Of a stretch of DNA of 64,000 bases, positions 23,366-33,035 are shown one piece after another. Source of the stretch: Meiothermus sp. (lineage in GTDB: Bacteria; Deinococcota; Deinococci; Deinococcales; Thermaceae); assembly GCA_033762915.1 (NCBI GenBank), contig JANRLD010000015.1, positions 21,432-85,431 of the forward strand, given 5' to 3'. The translations under genes and the position numbers were made by a program. The first letter of the stretch is position 1. Every line of letters begins with the position of its first letter. A model generated the notes under the pieces. That model did no database searches and was not told the origin of the DNA. It saw only the letters and a program-made list of their open reading frames with translations.

Positions 23366-24742
23366 CTAAAAGCTGAACCCGATGCTAAGCGCGATGCCGA
23401 ATACCGTGCCGCCCACAATGGGTGCCTGGTGGGTGGTCAGGGCCGCGTCGGCGAGGAAGCCGGCCCCGCTGAAGCCCGCCCCGAGCCCGAACTTGAGCCC
23501 GTCCTCCCAGCCCAAACCGGCCCGAACACGACCAGGGCCGAGGATATACTCCCCGCCGATGTGAGTGGTGAATCTGCCGTCGTAGCCCAGGTCGGCTCCG
23601 TAGACCACCTCGCCCACCTCGAGCGCCTGCCGCGCCGCCGCATTGAGGAAGAAGGCGGGCGCGAAGACCGGTCCGCCGCGGCTGGAGCTGCTGGTGGTGG
23701 AGGTTCCGTCCCGGGCCACCGCGATCTGGGTGCCGCTCCAGCTGGCCAAGCCCAGCAGGTTGCGTACGCCCAGCCCCGCCGCAATACCCTGGCTCTCCAG
23801 TGCCACCCCGCCGTCGGCCCGAATGCCAAAGCCGAATCCCGCCCCGGGGTAGGAGTAAAACAGCGTGCTCTCGAACTGGGGGGCCTGGTTAGGCAGGCCG
23901 CTGCCGTCGGTGCGGAAAATGGCCCGGCCGCTGCCTTCGAAGTAGCCCAGCCCGTAGAAGGCCTCGCCGCGGGCACCCACATAAATGTTGGCGGTACCGA
24001 ACTCGGGGATCGGGAGACTGGGCAAGGCGGTGGCGAAGCCGAAGCCGAGGCTGATTCCGGCCTGCCCGCTGGCGCTGCCGGTCAGGGCATAATCGGTATC
24101 GGGGTCGAGCCGCCCGCTGGCGATGGCCCGCCTGAGGTTGGCGTCCGGTGCCACCCCTAGCCCGAACCCGCCCGCGAACAGTCCCACGTCGCCGTAGAAG
24201 CCCCCGCCTAGCCCGAAGGGAATGCTGAACAGCGGTGCCGGGGTAAGCGCTCCGCTGCTGCGTACGCCGGTGGGTTGCCCCAGGCTCAGGCTGAGGTTGA
24301 TGGGTCGGCCCAGATAGTCGGTCAGCTGGACGCCGCTGGCGCTGTACTCGAGGTTGATCTCGGGGTAGCCGGTGGCCGGATTGACGAAGGCGTTGGAGGA
24401 GGCGGGGTTGATCAGGAACTCGCCCAGGTGGGTGAACTGGTCGTAGAAGGTGAGGGCGTCGAATCCGCCGTTGGGGCTGGCGAACCCGGCCCGGTCGTAG
24501 AAGAAGCGAAGGGGGTTAGCCTCGCCCCGCAGCAGGCCCAGCAACCCTATCGGAAGCCGCAAGCCCTGGTCGGAGCCGTAGAGGCTTGGGAAGGCGGCGT
24601 AGGCCGGGTTAAGGTAGCTGGCGGCCGGGCCGGGCAGCACCAGGCCGCCCATTCCCAGGCTGCGCACCCCTTGGGCCAGCCCTGCGGTGGAGAGCACGAA
24701 TAGGGCCACCGACCCGGCGATCATAGGAAGACGCTTCATCAC
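23366..24742 (-). CDS. Putative outer-membrane beta-barrel protein
   Basis: Signal peptide, GVRSLGMGG, alternating Gly/aromatic strands, C-terminal LSIGFSF. Confidence 0.72.
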   Translation of the reverse strand: MMKRLPMIAGSVALFVLSTAGLAQGVRSLGMGGLVLPGPAASYLNPAYAAFPSLYGSDQGLRLPIGLLGLLRGEANPLRFFYDRAGFASPNGGFDALTFYDQFTHLGEFLINPASSNAFVNPATGYPEINLEYSASGVQLTDYLGRPINLSLSLGQPTGVRSSGALTPAPLFSIPFGLGGGFYGDVGLFAGGFGLGVAPDANLRRAIASGRLDPDTDYALTGSASGQAGISLGFGFATALPSLPIPEFGTANIYVGARGEAFYGLGYFEGSGRAIFRTDGSGLPNQAPQFESTLFYSYPGAGFGFGIRADGGVALESQGIAAGLGVRNLLGLASWSGTQIAVARDGTSTTSSSSRGGPVFAPAFFLNAAARQALEVGEVVYGADLGYDGRFTTHIGGEYILGPGRVRAGLGWEDGLKFGLGAGFSGAGFLADAALTTHQAPIVGGTVFGIALSIGFSF

Positions 24743-24815
24743 CGGGCCATTATCGCCCTTGATCGAGGGATTGAGGGGGGTAAACGAACAAGATATCTAC
24801 CGCCGCTTGGTGGCA

Positions 24816-25115
24816 CTAACCGCCTGAGATGGCTCCCACGATCAACAGCGGCTCGAGGCCGCCGGCTACCTCGGCCGGCAAAGGCTTATCGCCCGGCTCA
24901 AACGACCAGTCCACCTCGCAGGCGAAGTAGCGCACCATCGGGCGGCGCTGTTGGGTCTGGGCGTCGCGGATGGTGCCCCGGAGGACCGGGTGGCGGGCCT
25001 CGAGGGCCGCCAGAACCCCGTCGAGGGTGGCGGGACCAGCGACCTCCAGCCGTACCTCGGGGCCCTCGAGGCCGGCCAGGGTGCGAAGGTGGTGGGGCAG
25101 CCAGACCCGAATCAT
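24816..25115 (-). CDS. MoaD/ThiS family sulfur-carrier (ubiquitin-like) protein
   Basis: LPHHLR.LAG..., C-terminal AISGG. Confidence 0.9.
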   Translation of the reverse strand: MIRVWLPHHLRTLAGLEGPEVRLEVAGPATLDGVLAALEARHPVLRGTIRDAQTQQRRPMVRYFACEVDWSFEPGDKPLPAEVAGGLEPLLIVGAISGG

Positions 25116-25121
25116 GCCGGC

Positions 25122-25616
25122 CTACCGCGGGTTGAGCAGGTCGGTGTCCTGCCCGCCCTCGAAGACGGCGGGATGACCCAGCACCCGGCCCAGGGCCAGC
25201 ATCTGGCCCTTGTGGTGGAACTCGTGGGTGACCGGGTGCATCACCAGCCAGCGCTGGCTAACCGTGAGCCGGACTTCGGGGTTGGGGTGGTTGCAAACGT
25301 ACACCCGGTCGGGGTCGGTGAAGGTCTCGAGGGCTTCTTCCATCACCGCGTCCACCCGGTCGAAGTAGGCCCGCATGGCGGCGGTGTCGACCAGACTGGG
25401 CGGGCTTACCGCAGAGTGCGGCCTCCCCAGCCCGATCTGCTCGATCCACCACAAGTAGCAGTCGGCGGTGTGGGCGTGAATATTGCGAATGCTCCCGTAG
25501 GCAAAGTCGGGGCGCTCGTGGGTGTAGACCCCCCGGGGCAGCCGATGGGTGTAGTCGAAGACCATCGCCCTGGATTGCTTCACCCAGCCGTACAGCGTGC
25601 GCAAATCTTGGTTCAT
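25122..25616 (-). CDS. DinB/YfiT family protein
   Basis: GSIR...HTA and THEFHHKGQ His triad; ATG after GGAGG. Confidence 0.88.
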   Translation of the reverse strand: MNQDLRTLYGWVKQSRAMVFDYTHRLPRGVYTHERPDFAYGSIRNIHAHTADCYLWWIEQIGLGRPHSAVSPPSLVDTAAMRAYFDRVDAVMEEALETFTDPDRVYVCNHPNPEVRLTVSQRWLVMHPVTHEFHHKGQMLALGRVLGHPAVFEGGQDTDLLNPR

Positions 25617-25651
25617 CGTCAGACCTCCAGTCTGCGTTCGTTGTTCGTAGG

Positions 25652-26179
25652 TCAAGTGTTTCCCGCTGGCTCGGGCAGGTACCATAGCAGGTCCAGGGCC
25701 GGGGGTTTGATGCCCTGGGTGCGCAGCAGCACTGCGATCTGCGCAGTGTGGCGCATCTCGTGGACCATCACGTGCCATAGCAGTCCGCCCACGGAATAGC
25801 GCTTTTCGGGGTCGTCGTGTGGGCTCATGACCCGTTGCTGTTCGGCCTCGGTCAGGGTATTCAGGTAGCCCAGCGTGCTTGCCTCGACGGCCCGCCAGTA
25901 GTCCAGTAGCGTCTCGAGCGCAAACCCCGCGTACTCTGGGCCGCCCAGGGTGTCCTTAAGCAGCGGGGTGCTGACCAGCACTGGCTCGGTGCGCTGGATG
26001 TCCTCGTGCAGCCAGAAATCCTCCACCGAGGCGACGTGAAACACCAGATCCTTGATGCAGCGCAGCCGCTCGCCGCCGAGCAGGGGGCGCGAAAGCACCT
26101 CATCGGGAATGGCCTCGAGCCCCGCCCACAGCTCCCGCCGGGCCTGCACCAGGTAGCCGTACATCTCAGGGATGTTCAT
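25652..26179 (-). CDS. DinB/YfiT family protein
   Basis: IKDLVFHVA.VE..W and HEMRHTAQ. Confidence 0.88.
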   Translation of the reverse strand: MNIPEMYGYLVQARRELWAGLEAIPDEVLSRPLLGGERLRCIKDLVFHVASVEDFWLHEDIQRTEPVLVSTPLLKDTLGGPEYAGFALETLLDYWRAVEASTLGYLNTLTEAEQQRVMSPHDDPEKRYSVGGLLWHVMVHEMRHTAQIAVLLRTQGIKPPALDLLWYLPEPAGNT

Positions 26180-26481
26180 CGCTGCTTCCCCTCATCGAGT
26201 CCTACCTCGAGCCTGACCCAAATGGTCTGGCCTGCCTCGAGTCCCTCGGCCTGTCGGACCCGATCCTTCAGCGGAACAACGTACCGGCCGTCCTTGGGCC
26301 ACAGAGAGGTCTTCCACTCGGTCTGGCCGATACAGACCTTTACGGGAATCATGCCCCAGCCGTACGTCAGCAGCCGCTCGGCGCTCTTGATGGCCTGGCT
26401 CTGCTCTTCGGGCACGCTAACGAAGTAAAACGGGGCCGGACCGCGCCACTCCCAGATTTTGCCGCTGAACTCGAGGCTCAT
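26176..26481 (-). CDS. DUF1905 family protein
   Basis: GWGMIPV...WKTSLWPKDG.Y.VPLK. Confidence 0.85.
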   Translation of the reverse strand: MSLEFSGKIWEWRGPAPFYFVSVPEEQSQAIKSAERLLTYGWGMIPVKVCIGQTEWKTSLWPKDGRYVVPLKDRVRQAEGLEAGQTIWVRLEVGLDEGKQR

Positions 26482-26487
26482 ACCACC

Positions 26488-27063
26488 CTACCCTTCGGCC
26501 TCATCAGGCAAGAGGTTCACCGGGTGGCCCGGTATGGGTTCGTAGATCAGCAGCATCACGCCCGAGCCGAGGTCTCTCGACGAACTGAGGTTCAGGGGAA
26601 GCCTGTCCCCCCCGGCGAACAGGCGCTTCCCGATCCCCAGGACGAGCGGAAAGACCATCAGCCGCAGTTCGTCCACCAGGCCGTGCCGCAACAATGTCTG
26701 AGCGAAGGTGCCGCTGCCGTAGACCAGGAGGCTCTGCCCCTCCTGCCGCTTCAGACCCTCCACTGCCGCAACCACCTCGCCCTGGAGGACGGTGGCGTTC
26801 CACTCGAGGGCCTTGAGGGTGGTGGTGGCGACATGCTTGGGAAGGCGGTTCATCCGGTCGGCGAAGGCGCTCTTACCCGCCTGGGCGGGCCAATACCTGG
26901 CAAACCCTTCATAGGTCACGCGGCCCAGCAGCAGGGCGTCGCTCTCAAATAGCTCGGCGTGCTTGAACGGGCCGTCGTCCGGCGAGTAGTCCGACTGCCA
27001 GGGGACCGACTGGTCGTACACGCCGTCGAGGGTCAGGAATTCGGTGACGATCAGTCTACGCAC
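26488..27063 (-). CDS. Dihydrofolate reductase / RibD C-terminal family protein
   Basis: TLDG, LLLGRVTYE, YGSG, LVDELRL.VFP..LG.GKRLF. Confidence 0.9.
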   Translation of the reverse strand: MRRLIVTEFLTLDGVYDQSVPWQSDYSPDDGPFKHAELFESDALLLGRVTYEGFARYWPAQAGKSAFADRMNRLPKHVATTTLKALEWNATVLQGEVVAAVEGLKRQEGQSLLVYGSGTFAQTLLRHGLVDELRLMVFPLVLGIGKRLFAGGDRLPLNLSSSRDLGSGVMLLIYEPIPGHPVNLLPDEAEG

Positions 27064-27085
27064 AGGCGTTCCTTTCCGGCAGGCG

Positions 27086-27595
27086 TCAGCGGCCCATCCC
27101 GAAGCGCTCGGCCAAAAGCGAGGCGGATATGGCCTCGGCCGAAGCGCTGTCGCCGGTGACGGCGCGGCGGTGGTAGTCGATCTGCCCGAGGTGGTAGGCC
27201 AGGTGGCTAAGGAACTGGAGCAGGGTCAGCCGGGTCGGGATCGGCGCGTCGGCGTACTGAACCGGGAAGTCTTGCTCGAGGCGGTTCTCGGACAGGTGGG
27301 CGAACCCCGCCAGCAACCCCTCCCGGGCCCTCGAGAGCTCCAAGCGGATCTCGGAACGTGGTACTCCGCGCCGGCTGAACTCGGCTGCCCGGTCCCGATG
27401 GTATCCCGACCCGCCCAGCACCGCCCCGAAGAAGTGTTGCAGGCTGCCCGAGAGGTGCAAGAACAGGGTACCGGCCGGGTTGGGGAGGCCCGGCAGCTCG
27501 GCCCAGACGCTCGGGTCGTCGGGGTAGAGGTCCAGTTCGCGCTCGAGGGTCGCCACCTCGCGCAAGTACAGGGCTTTCAAATCCTCGAGCAACAT
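27086..27595 (-). CDS. DinB superfamily (DUF1572-like) protein
   Basis: NPAG.L.LHLSG, RDR.AEF, HLAYHLGQI; ATG 27595 after GGAGG. Confidence 0.85.
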   Translation of the reverse strand: MLLEDLKALYLREVATLERELDLYPDDPSVWAELPGLPNPAGTLFLHLSGSLQHFFGAVLGGSGYHRDRAAEFSRRGVPRSEIRLELSRAREGLLAGFAHLSENRLEQDFPVQYADAPIPTRLTLLQFLSHLAYHLGQIDYHRRAVTGDSASAEAISASLLAERFGMGR

Positions 27596-27626
27596 GGGCC
27601 ACCTCCCTCGGGAGTGTACGGCATAT

Positions 27627-28151
27627 CTACCAGATTTCCTTGCGCCAGAGGCTCCAAACCACTTTTTCTTCCTGCTCATCACCCCAAACCTGCCCGGCGG
27701 CCTTCAGCGCCAGCTTGATCTGCCCGAAGTGGTAGCCCTCGTGCCAGAGCATGTGCTGCAAGAGTAGAACGGGGTGGTCGTAACTGGCGTGTTCGCCCCG
27801 CATGGGTTGGCCGGTCTCGAGGCGGCTTCGCACCGCGTCGCAGACTGCCTGGGCGCTCTGCTTCAGGGCCTCCTCGATGCGGGCGGGGTCTCGCTCGGCC
27901 AGCCAATCGTCGCCGTCTTGACGGAACAGTTGAAGCAGGCCTTCCCTGAACTCCGGCGCGACTTGTCCCAGCCAGAACAGCCGGGTGTTCTGGATGTGCG
28001 AGATCTGCACCGCAACCGACTGGCTGCCCTCGATGGCCCTGAAGTTCATCCCGCCTTCGGGCAGCGCGTGGAGCAGGTTAAGCAAGATGGCGTTGTTGCG
28101 TTGATAGGAGTCCAGTATGGCCTCGAGCAGGCCGTCGGATGGGGTGGTCAT
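27627..28151 (-). CDS. DinB/YfiT family protein
   Basis: SVA...SHI...R..W and HEGYHFGQI. Confidence 0.87.
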   Translation of the reverse strand: MTTPSDGLLEAILDSYQRNNAILLNLLHALPEGGMNFRAIEGSQSVAVQISHIQNTRLFWLGQVAPEFREGLLQLFRQDGDDWLAERDPARIEEALKQSAQAVCDAVRSRLETGQPMRGEHASYDHPVLLLQHMLWHEGYHFGQIKLALKAAGQVWGDEQEEKVVWSLWRKEIW

Positions 28152-28240
28152 GGTGTCCTTTCCTGGCGTGTTGGTTAGCGTTTGGCAGTGTTACATCAAG
28201 AGCAAAAGGTCAAAAGCTAACCGCCAATCACCCGCACTTC

Positions 28241-29356
28241 TCATCCTAAAGTCTGCACTTCAACCGACAACACCGGCGGCAAGTCCCGCACTGCCGTGTG
28301 CCAGGTGTCGCCGCCATCGGGTGAGGCGTAGACCTGACCCCCGGTGGTGCCGAAGTAGACCCCGCACTCCGGCAGTCGGTCCACCGCCATTGCATCGCGC
28401 AGGACATTCACGTAGCAGTCCTGCTGCGGCAGGCCGTGGGTCAGGGCCTCCCACTCGCCACCGCCGTTCCTACTGCGGTAGACGCGCAGTTTTCCCTCGG
28501 GCGGGTAGTGCTCGGAGTCGCTTTTGATGGGTATCACGTAGACGGTTTCGGGCTGGTGGGCGTGCACATCGACCACGAAGCCGAAGTCGGAGGGAAGGTT
28601 GCCGCTGACCTCGCGCCATTGCTCGCCCGCATCGTCGGTTCGTAGGACGTCCCAGTGTTTCTGCATGAAGAGCGTCTCGGGCCTGCCGGGGTGGAAGGCC
28701 AGACGGTGAACGCAGTGCCCCACCTCGGCGTCCTGGTCGGGCATGTGGTCGGAGCGCAGCCCTTTGTTGATGGGTTTCCAGCTCTGGCCGCCGTCGTCCG
28801 ATCGGAAGGCCCCCGCTGCCGAGATGGCCACGAAGATGCGGCCGGGGTGAATCGGGTCGAGCAGGATGGTGTGTAGGCAGAGGCCGCCCGCACCCGGTGC
28901 CCAGGTGTTGCCGGTGGTGTGCTGCCGCAGACCGGAAAGCTCATGCCAGCTCATCCCGCCATCGGTGGAACGGAACAGCGCGGCGTCCTCGGCCCCCGCA
29001 TAGACCGTGTCGGGGTCGCGCAGGTCGGGCTCGAGGTGCCAGACCCGCTTGAACTCAAAGGGGTGCGGGGTCCCGTCGTACCACTGGTGGGTACCGGCCT
29101 CGCCCGCGTAAACAAAGTCTTTGCCCACCGCCGCCCAGGTGCGCCCGCCGTCGTCGGAGCGCTGGACGATCTGCCCGAACCAGTCCATCGACTGCGAGGT
29201 GTAGATCCGGTCCGGATTGGCCGGAGAGCCCTTGATGTGGTAGACCGCCCACCCACCGAAGTGCGGCCCCTCGACCTTCCATTCCTTGCGCCCCTCGTCC
29301 GAGGTCAGCACGAAGGCCCCCTTGCGTGTCCCCACCAACAGCCTCACGCCTGCCAT
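28241..29356 (-). CDS. BNR/Asp-box repeat beta-propeller protein
   Basis: VGTRKG start; repeated S.D.G.[TS]W Asp-boxes. Confidence 0.9.
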   Translation of the reverse strand: MAGVRLLVGTRKGAFVLTSDEGRKEWKVEGPHFGGWAVYHIKGSPANPDRIYTSQSMDWFGQIVQRSDDGGRTWAAVGKDFVYAGEAGTHQWYDGTPHPFEFKRVWHLEPDLRDPDTVYAGAEDAALFRSTDGGMSWHELSGLRQHTTGNTWAPGAGGLCLHTILLDPIHPGRIFVAISAAGAFRSDDGGQSWKPINKGLRSDHMPDQDAEVGHCVHRLAFHPGRPETLFMQKHWDVLRTDDAGEQWREVSGNLPSDFGFVVDVHAHQPETVYVIPIKSDSEHYPPEGKLRVYRSRNGGGEWEALTHGLPQQDCYVNVLRDAMAVDRLPECGVYFGTTGGQVYASPDGGDTWHTAVRDLPPVLSVEVQTLG

Positions 29357-29708
29357 AAAGCCTCCCTTTCCTGCGATAAGTGTTTTCTTGCCTTTGTTTT
29401 TACTGCTCTCTTCTATAAGGCCAATCCCTTTGAGATGGTCTCGCCCTCACGGTCGATTTAAATCGCCTCTAGCCTGTCACTCTGAGCAGCGTCGAAGGGT
29501 ACACTCCTGCACCACTTCATCCAGTCCTCTTGGGGGACGACGGTCTATTCGAAACATTGCGGGGCGCTTTTCGTAGGTGTTTCGATCAACCACAACCACG
29601 CTTCGCTTTGCTCAACACGATAGGGTTTAGGGTAGGGAGGGTTGTGGGCCTCGAGGCGAAAAACTGTGATATCAAGAGTGCACTTCATAAGCCTCGAGCC
29701 CCGCAAAA

Positions 29709-30071
29709 CTACACCTCCTGGAAAATCCGCAGGCAGACGCCGGAGGGGTCGAGCACGCTGAACTCGCGCTGGCCCCAGGGCTTGTTCTCGAGTCGTCCGT
29801 TGGGGTGCACAATGCCCGCAGCTTCGCAGGCCACGTAAATCAAGTCGACCTCGTCGACCTGAAGCCGAAGCGAGTAGTTCTCGGCGAAGGCGCGCCCGGG
29901 CTCGAGGTAAAAGTGCAACTCGAGACCCTCCCGGCTTACCCCACCGTAGTCGGCGGGAGCGCCCCAGGAAAAGGGCTCGGAGAAGCCAAGGTGCCGCTGG
30001 TAGAACTCGAGGGACTGCTCTACGTTCTGGCTCGGGATGACGGGTACGGTCTGGAGGAGTTTAGAGGGCAT
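29709..30071 (-). CDS. VOC/bleomycin-resistance family protein
   Basis: FY...LGF, KPWGQREF.V.DP.G. Confidence 0.88.
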   Translation of the reverse strand: MPSKLLQTVPVIPSQNVEQSLEFYQRHLGFSEPFSWGAPADYGGVSREGLELHFYLEPGRAFAENYSLRLQVDEVDLIYVACEAAGIVHPNGRLENKPWGQREFSVLDPSGVCLRIFQEV

Positions 30072-30173
30072 GGGGTTTCCTCGAAAGCTCAGGGGTTACG
30101 AAGAAGGATAGGGCAGAAACCTTCAGTTCAGTTCACCAGCAGGCGGTCCGTCTCGGGCCTCCGGCCGAACCAC

Positions 30174-30569
30174 CTACACCGGCTCGGCCGCTGTGGCTTC
30201 GGCAGCCCGCTCACTCTGCGGAGCCTGGGTCAGCGAGAGCAGGTTGCCGTCGGGATCTTTGAACCACGCCACCCTGGCACCGCCCTCGGCGGTCCAGATG
30301 CCCTGGTCGTCCTGGGGTAGCCAAGCGAAGCGCTCCGGGGCCAGCCCTAAGCGCTGAAGGGTGGCCTCGAGGTCGCCTACCTCCCAGCCCAACACAGTGA
30401 AGGGCTGGGGCGTGAGGGACGCAACCTTTTGGATATGCAAGGTTTCGCCGCGGCGGCGCATCACCACCGCAAAGGGCTCGTCTGCGACCAGGGCGAAGCC
30501 CAGCCGGTCGCGGTAGAACTCCAGGGCCTCTTGGGGTCGTATGGAGGCGACGAAAAGTATGGGCTGCAT
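30174..30569 (-). CDS. VOC/glyoxalase family protein
   Basis: FYRDRLG, AWFKDPDGN.LSL. Confidence 0.88.
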   Translation of the reverse strand: MQPILFVASIRPQEALEFYRDRLGFALVADEPFAVVMRRRGETLHIQKVASLTPQPFTVLGWEVGDLEATLQRLGLAPERFAWLPQDDQGIWTAEGGARVAWFKDPDGNLLSLTQAPQSERAAEATAAEPV

Positions 30570-30588
30570 CGCTGGCCTCTCAGGTTCC

Positions 30589-30960
30589 CTACACGTGCTG
30601 GTCTAGCAGGATGGGGTTGCCGTCGGGGTCAGTGAGGGTGAGGTAGCCGGGCCCGCTGGTGCCCTCCTGCACCCGGACCTCGGGCTCGAGGCCGCGCGCC
30701 AGCAGCTCCCGCTGCAGCTCGCGCACGTCGGTGAAGTCTGCTAGGGGCCTCGAGTCGCTGTCCCAGCCGGGGTTGAAGGTCAGGATGTTCTTTTCGAACA
30801 TGCCCTCGAACAGCCCGATCACGGTGTCGCCATTCTTGAGGATCAGCCAGTTATTGGCTTGGTCGCCCCCCATCACCGCGAAGCCGAGCTTCTCGTAAAA
30901 GGCCCTCGAGGCCGCAATATTCTTGACTGCCAGACTTATTGAAAACGCGCCGAGTTGCAC
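30589..30960 (-). CDS. VOC/glyoxalase family protein
   Basis: [46 protein letters not shown] 30960 after GGAGG. Confidence 0.88.
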   Translation of the reverse strand: MQLGAFSISLAVKNIAASRAFYEKLGFAVMGGDQANNWLILKNGDTVIGLFEGMFEKNILTFNPGWDSDSRPLADFTDVRELQRELLARGLEPEVRVQEGTSGPGYLTLTDPDGNPILLDQHV

Positions 30961-31109
30961 ACAACCTCCCTTTAGTTCTTCACGCAGTGGCCCATCTTGG
31001 TTGTTGAACGGATATGTGGCACTCACAAAGACGCAGCTTGATGTATGAGCGACTCTAGGTCTGGATGATTCGAGTTTCGACTCGAGTCGAGTATGACATG
31101 ATGTTTTAC

Positions 31110-31451
31110 TTAGGCCGCCAGCTTGACTGAGACCTTGCGAACCCCGGGGGTGGACTGCACCTCGGTCAGGAAGGTTTGCAGCGACTCAAAGCTCTTCTGC
31201 TCGACCACCAGCAGGGCCTCGGAGCCGCCCAGCAGGGCGTCGGCCTTCACCACTCCGGGCATCCGGCGCAGCGAGTGGGCCAGGCGTTTGGGCTGGGCGC
31301 AGGAAACAAACACGTAGGCCGAAACACGACGAATGTTCTCGACCACGGACTCTTGCACTTGATGGGCCAGTTGCATCATCTTCGCCTCCTGAAGCAGCTT
31401 CTCTCGCCGGTACTTGCTTTCCCACTCGGCCTGCCATGCTGTTGTGAACAT
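31110..31451 (-). CDS. Small protein with Lrp/AsnC ligand-binding-like domain, no HTH
   Basis: AYVFV...LRRMPGV..A..L.G...V...PGV pattern; ATG 31451 after GAGGGGG. Confidence 0.7.
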   Translation of the reverse strand: MFTTAWQAEWESKYRREKLLQEAKMMQLAHQVQESVVENIRRVSAYVFVSCAQPKRLAHSLRRMPGVVKADALLGGSEALLVVEQKSFESLQTFLTEVQSTPGVRKVSVKLAA

Positions 31452-31498
31452 ACCGCCCCCCTCGAGCCCTCCTCGCTTTGCCTTTAGTTTTGAGCCTT

Positions 31499-31789
31499 CT
31501 AGCTCGCCAGCGGCATTTCCTCTTTGCCCGTAATCCGGTCCCAAAGCTTGGTCAGGGTGCCCTCGGGGTAGTAGGTGGCCCGATACTGGCGGGTGGCCTC
31601 GAGCCAGGCCACGGCCAAGTTGTGGGCCGAGGGGCGCAGGCGATGGAGGCTCTGGCGCAGCTCGTTCTCCAGCGCCCACAGCCCGATCTGCCCGCGTCGG
31701 TTGTCCAGCTCGATCAGGGTGTTCAGCACTTCGCTGGGGTGTACAGTTCCGCGTCCGATGGTCTTCCAAACCGAGTCCGTGCTAGTCAT
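31499..31789 (-). CDS. Hypothetical protein divergent from ddrO
   Basis: 96-aa ORF with GGAGAG RBS; first gene of a two-gene operon. Confidence 0.72.
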   Translation of the reverse strand: MTSTDSVWKTIGRGTVHPSEVLNTLIELDNRRGQIGLWALENELRQSLHRLRPSAHNLAVAWLEATRQYRATYYPEGTLTKLWDRITGKEEMPLAS

Positions 31790-31836
31790 GGCATCTCTCC
31801 CTGAAATTGCTCTGTGTTTGTAACTAACTGTTACAT

Positions 31837-31853
31837 TTACGTTTATAACATAC
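31837..31853. promoter_or_regulatory. RDRM-like 17-bp DdrO operator
   Basis: TTACGT-TTATA-ACATAC (reverse: GTATGTTATAAACGTAA). Confidence 0.78.
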
Positions 31854-31893
31854 CTATTCTGCATAACGCAAGCCCTTGTGGGGGCATTACGTA

Positions 31894-31922
31894 TTGACCG
31901 TAGAGATTTCTTATGCTACTGT
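31894..31922 (+). promoter_or_regulatory. Sigma70-type promoter for leaderless ddrO
   Basis: TTGACC-17 nt-TACTGT, then 7 nt to ATG 31930. Confidence 0.75.
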
Positions 31923-31927
31923 CAGAA
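31911..31927. promoter_or_regulatory. RDRM-like operator over the ddrO -10 box
   Basis: TTATGC-TACTG-TCAGAA. Confidence 0.72.
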
Positions 31928-31929
31928 GT

Positions 31930-32322
31930 ATGACACTAGCTGAACGTCTCCGCGAATTACGGAACCAGCAAGGCTGGCGGCTTAAGGACCTAGCAGACAA
32001 GAGCGGCCTGAGTGTGCCGTACCTGTCGGACCTCGAGCGTGGGCGCACCAACCCTAGCCTGGACACCCTCCAGACCCTGGCCGCCTCCTACACCGTCTCG
32101 GTCAACGACCTCCTGGCCCCCGTAGACTTCTACGGCGAGCGCACCGAGGCCTCGCTGCCCAAGGGCCTGGCCGAGCTGATGGCCGACCCCACCCTGGGCG
32201 CCGAGATCACCCCCGAGTGGCGCGACACCCTGGCCCGCATCGAGCTGCGCGGCAAGCGCCCCGAGACCAAGCGCGACTGGTACGAGGTCTTCTTGCACCT
32301 CAAGCGGATTCTGGAAGGCTAG
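31930..32322 (+). CDS. ddrO: XRE-family repressor of the radiation/desiccation response, DdrO
   Basis: ERLRELR...RLKD...[17 protein letters not shown]...FYG...LPKGL..L.ADPTLG..ITP.W...RIELRGKRP....WYE..LHLKRIL matches Deinococcus DdrO along its length. Confidence 0.93.
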   Translation: MTLAERLRELRNQQGWRLKDLADKSGLSVPYLSDLERGRTNPSLDTLQTLAASYTVSVNDLLAPVDFYGERTEASLPKGLAELMADPTLGAEITPEWRDTLARIELRGKRPETKRDWYEVFLHLKRILEG

Positions 32323-32338
32323 AGAAAACGATACTCCT

Positions 32339-32373
32339 AAAGCCGATGGCATAGAGTTGCCGTCGGCTTTTTT
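32339..32373 (+). terminator. Rho-independent terminator after ddrO
   Basis: AAAGCCGATGGCA-N6-TGCCGTCGGCTTT continuing into a T-run. Confidence 0.85.
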
Positions 32374-32433
32374 GTATCTCTCCATCCAGCGCGCCATCAC
32401 AACTGCCCGGATAGGCCGACTATAGAAAGGAAT

Positions 32434-32970
32434 ATGGATATGGCAAAGCTCGTTTTCGGAATGAACCAGTCCCTAGACGGCTACGTTGATCACCTAGCCT
32501 TCGCGCCAAGCCCCTCGCTTTTCCGCCACTTTATCCAAGAGGCGCAAGGGCAGGCAGGCTGCCTGTATGGTCGCAAGATGTACGAGGTCATGCGTTACTG
32601 GGACGAGGAACACCCTGAATGGGATGCGGAGGAGTACGCCTACGCGACGGCGTGGCGCAGCCAGCCGAAATGGGTTGTTTCGCGTTCGCTGAAGTCGGTC
32701 GGCCCCAATGCCACGCTTGTTGGGGATGACCTCGAGGGCGCGATTCGCAGGCTTAAGGCCGAACGTGATGGAGAAATCGAAGTTGCTGGCCCGGATTTGG
32801 CGCACAGTCTCACCGCACTTGGACTGATCGACGAGTACCGCATCTATCTGCATCCAGTAGTGCTCGGACATGGCAAACCTTATTTCGCTGGCCCCCGGCC
32901 GCCACTCCGCCTTATCACTACTGATCGGATTGGGGAGGATGTGATCCGGTTGACTTACGCTCCAGCATAG
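32434..32970 (+). CDS. Dihydrofolate reductase / RibD C-terminal family protein
   Basis: NQSLDGY, YGRKMYE, LIDEY..Y.HPVVLG.GKP.F. Start may be 32440. Confidence 0.9.
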   Translation: MDMAKLVFGMNQSLDGYVDHLAFAPSPSLFRHFIQEAQGQAGCLYGRKMYEVMRYWDEEHPEWDAEEYAYATAWRSQPKWVVSRSLKSVGPNATLVGDDLEGAIRRLKAERDGEIEVAGPDLAHSLTALGLIDEYRIYLHPVVLGHGKPYFAGPRPPLRLITTDRIGEDVIRLTYAPA

Positions 32971-33035
32971 AGCGTTGCTTTGATAAGGGTGCGATTGGCG
33001 GATGCGTCGGGTTGTTGGAGAGGTTAGGATGCCTT

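Noticed and set aside
28173..28222. GGTTAGC...GCTAACC repeat suggesting an integron attC site in the DinB array
   Set aside because: Arm order is the reverse of attC (RYYYAAC...GTTRRRY), it is not repeated at other junctions and no integrase is present.
31452..31769. 219-aa version of the Lrp/AsnC-like ORF
   Set aside because: The extension overlaps the 31499-31789 gene in another frame; an RBS supports 31451.
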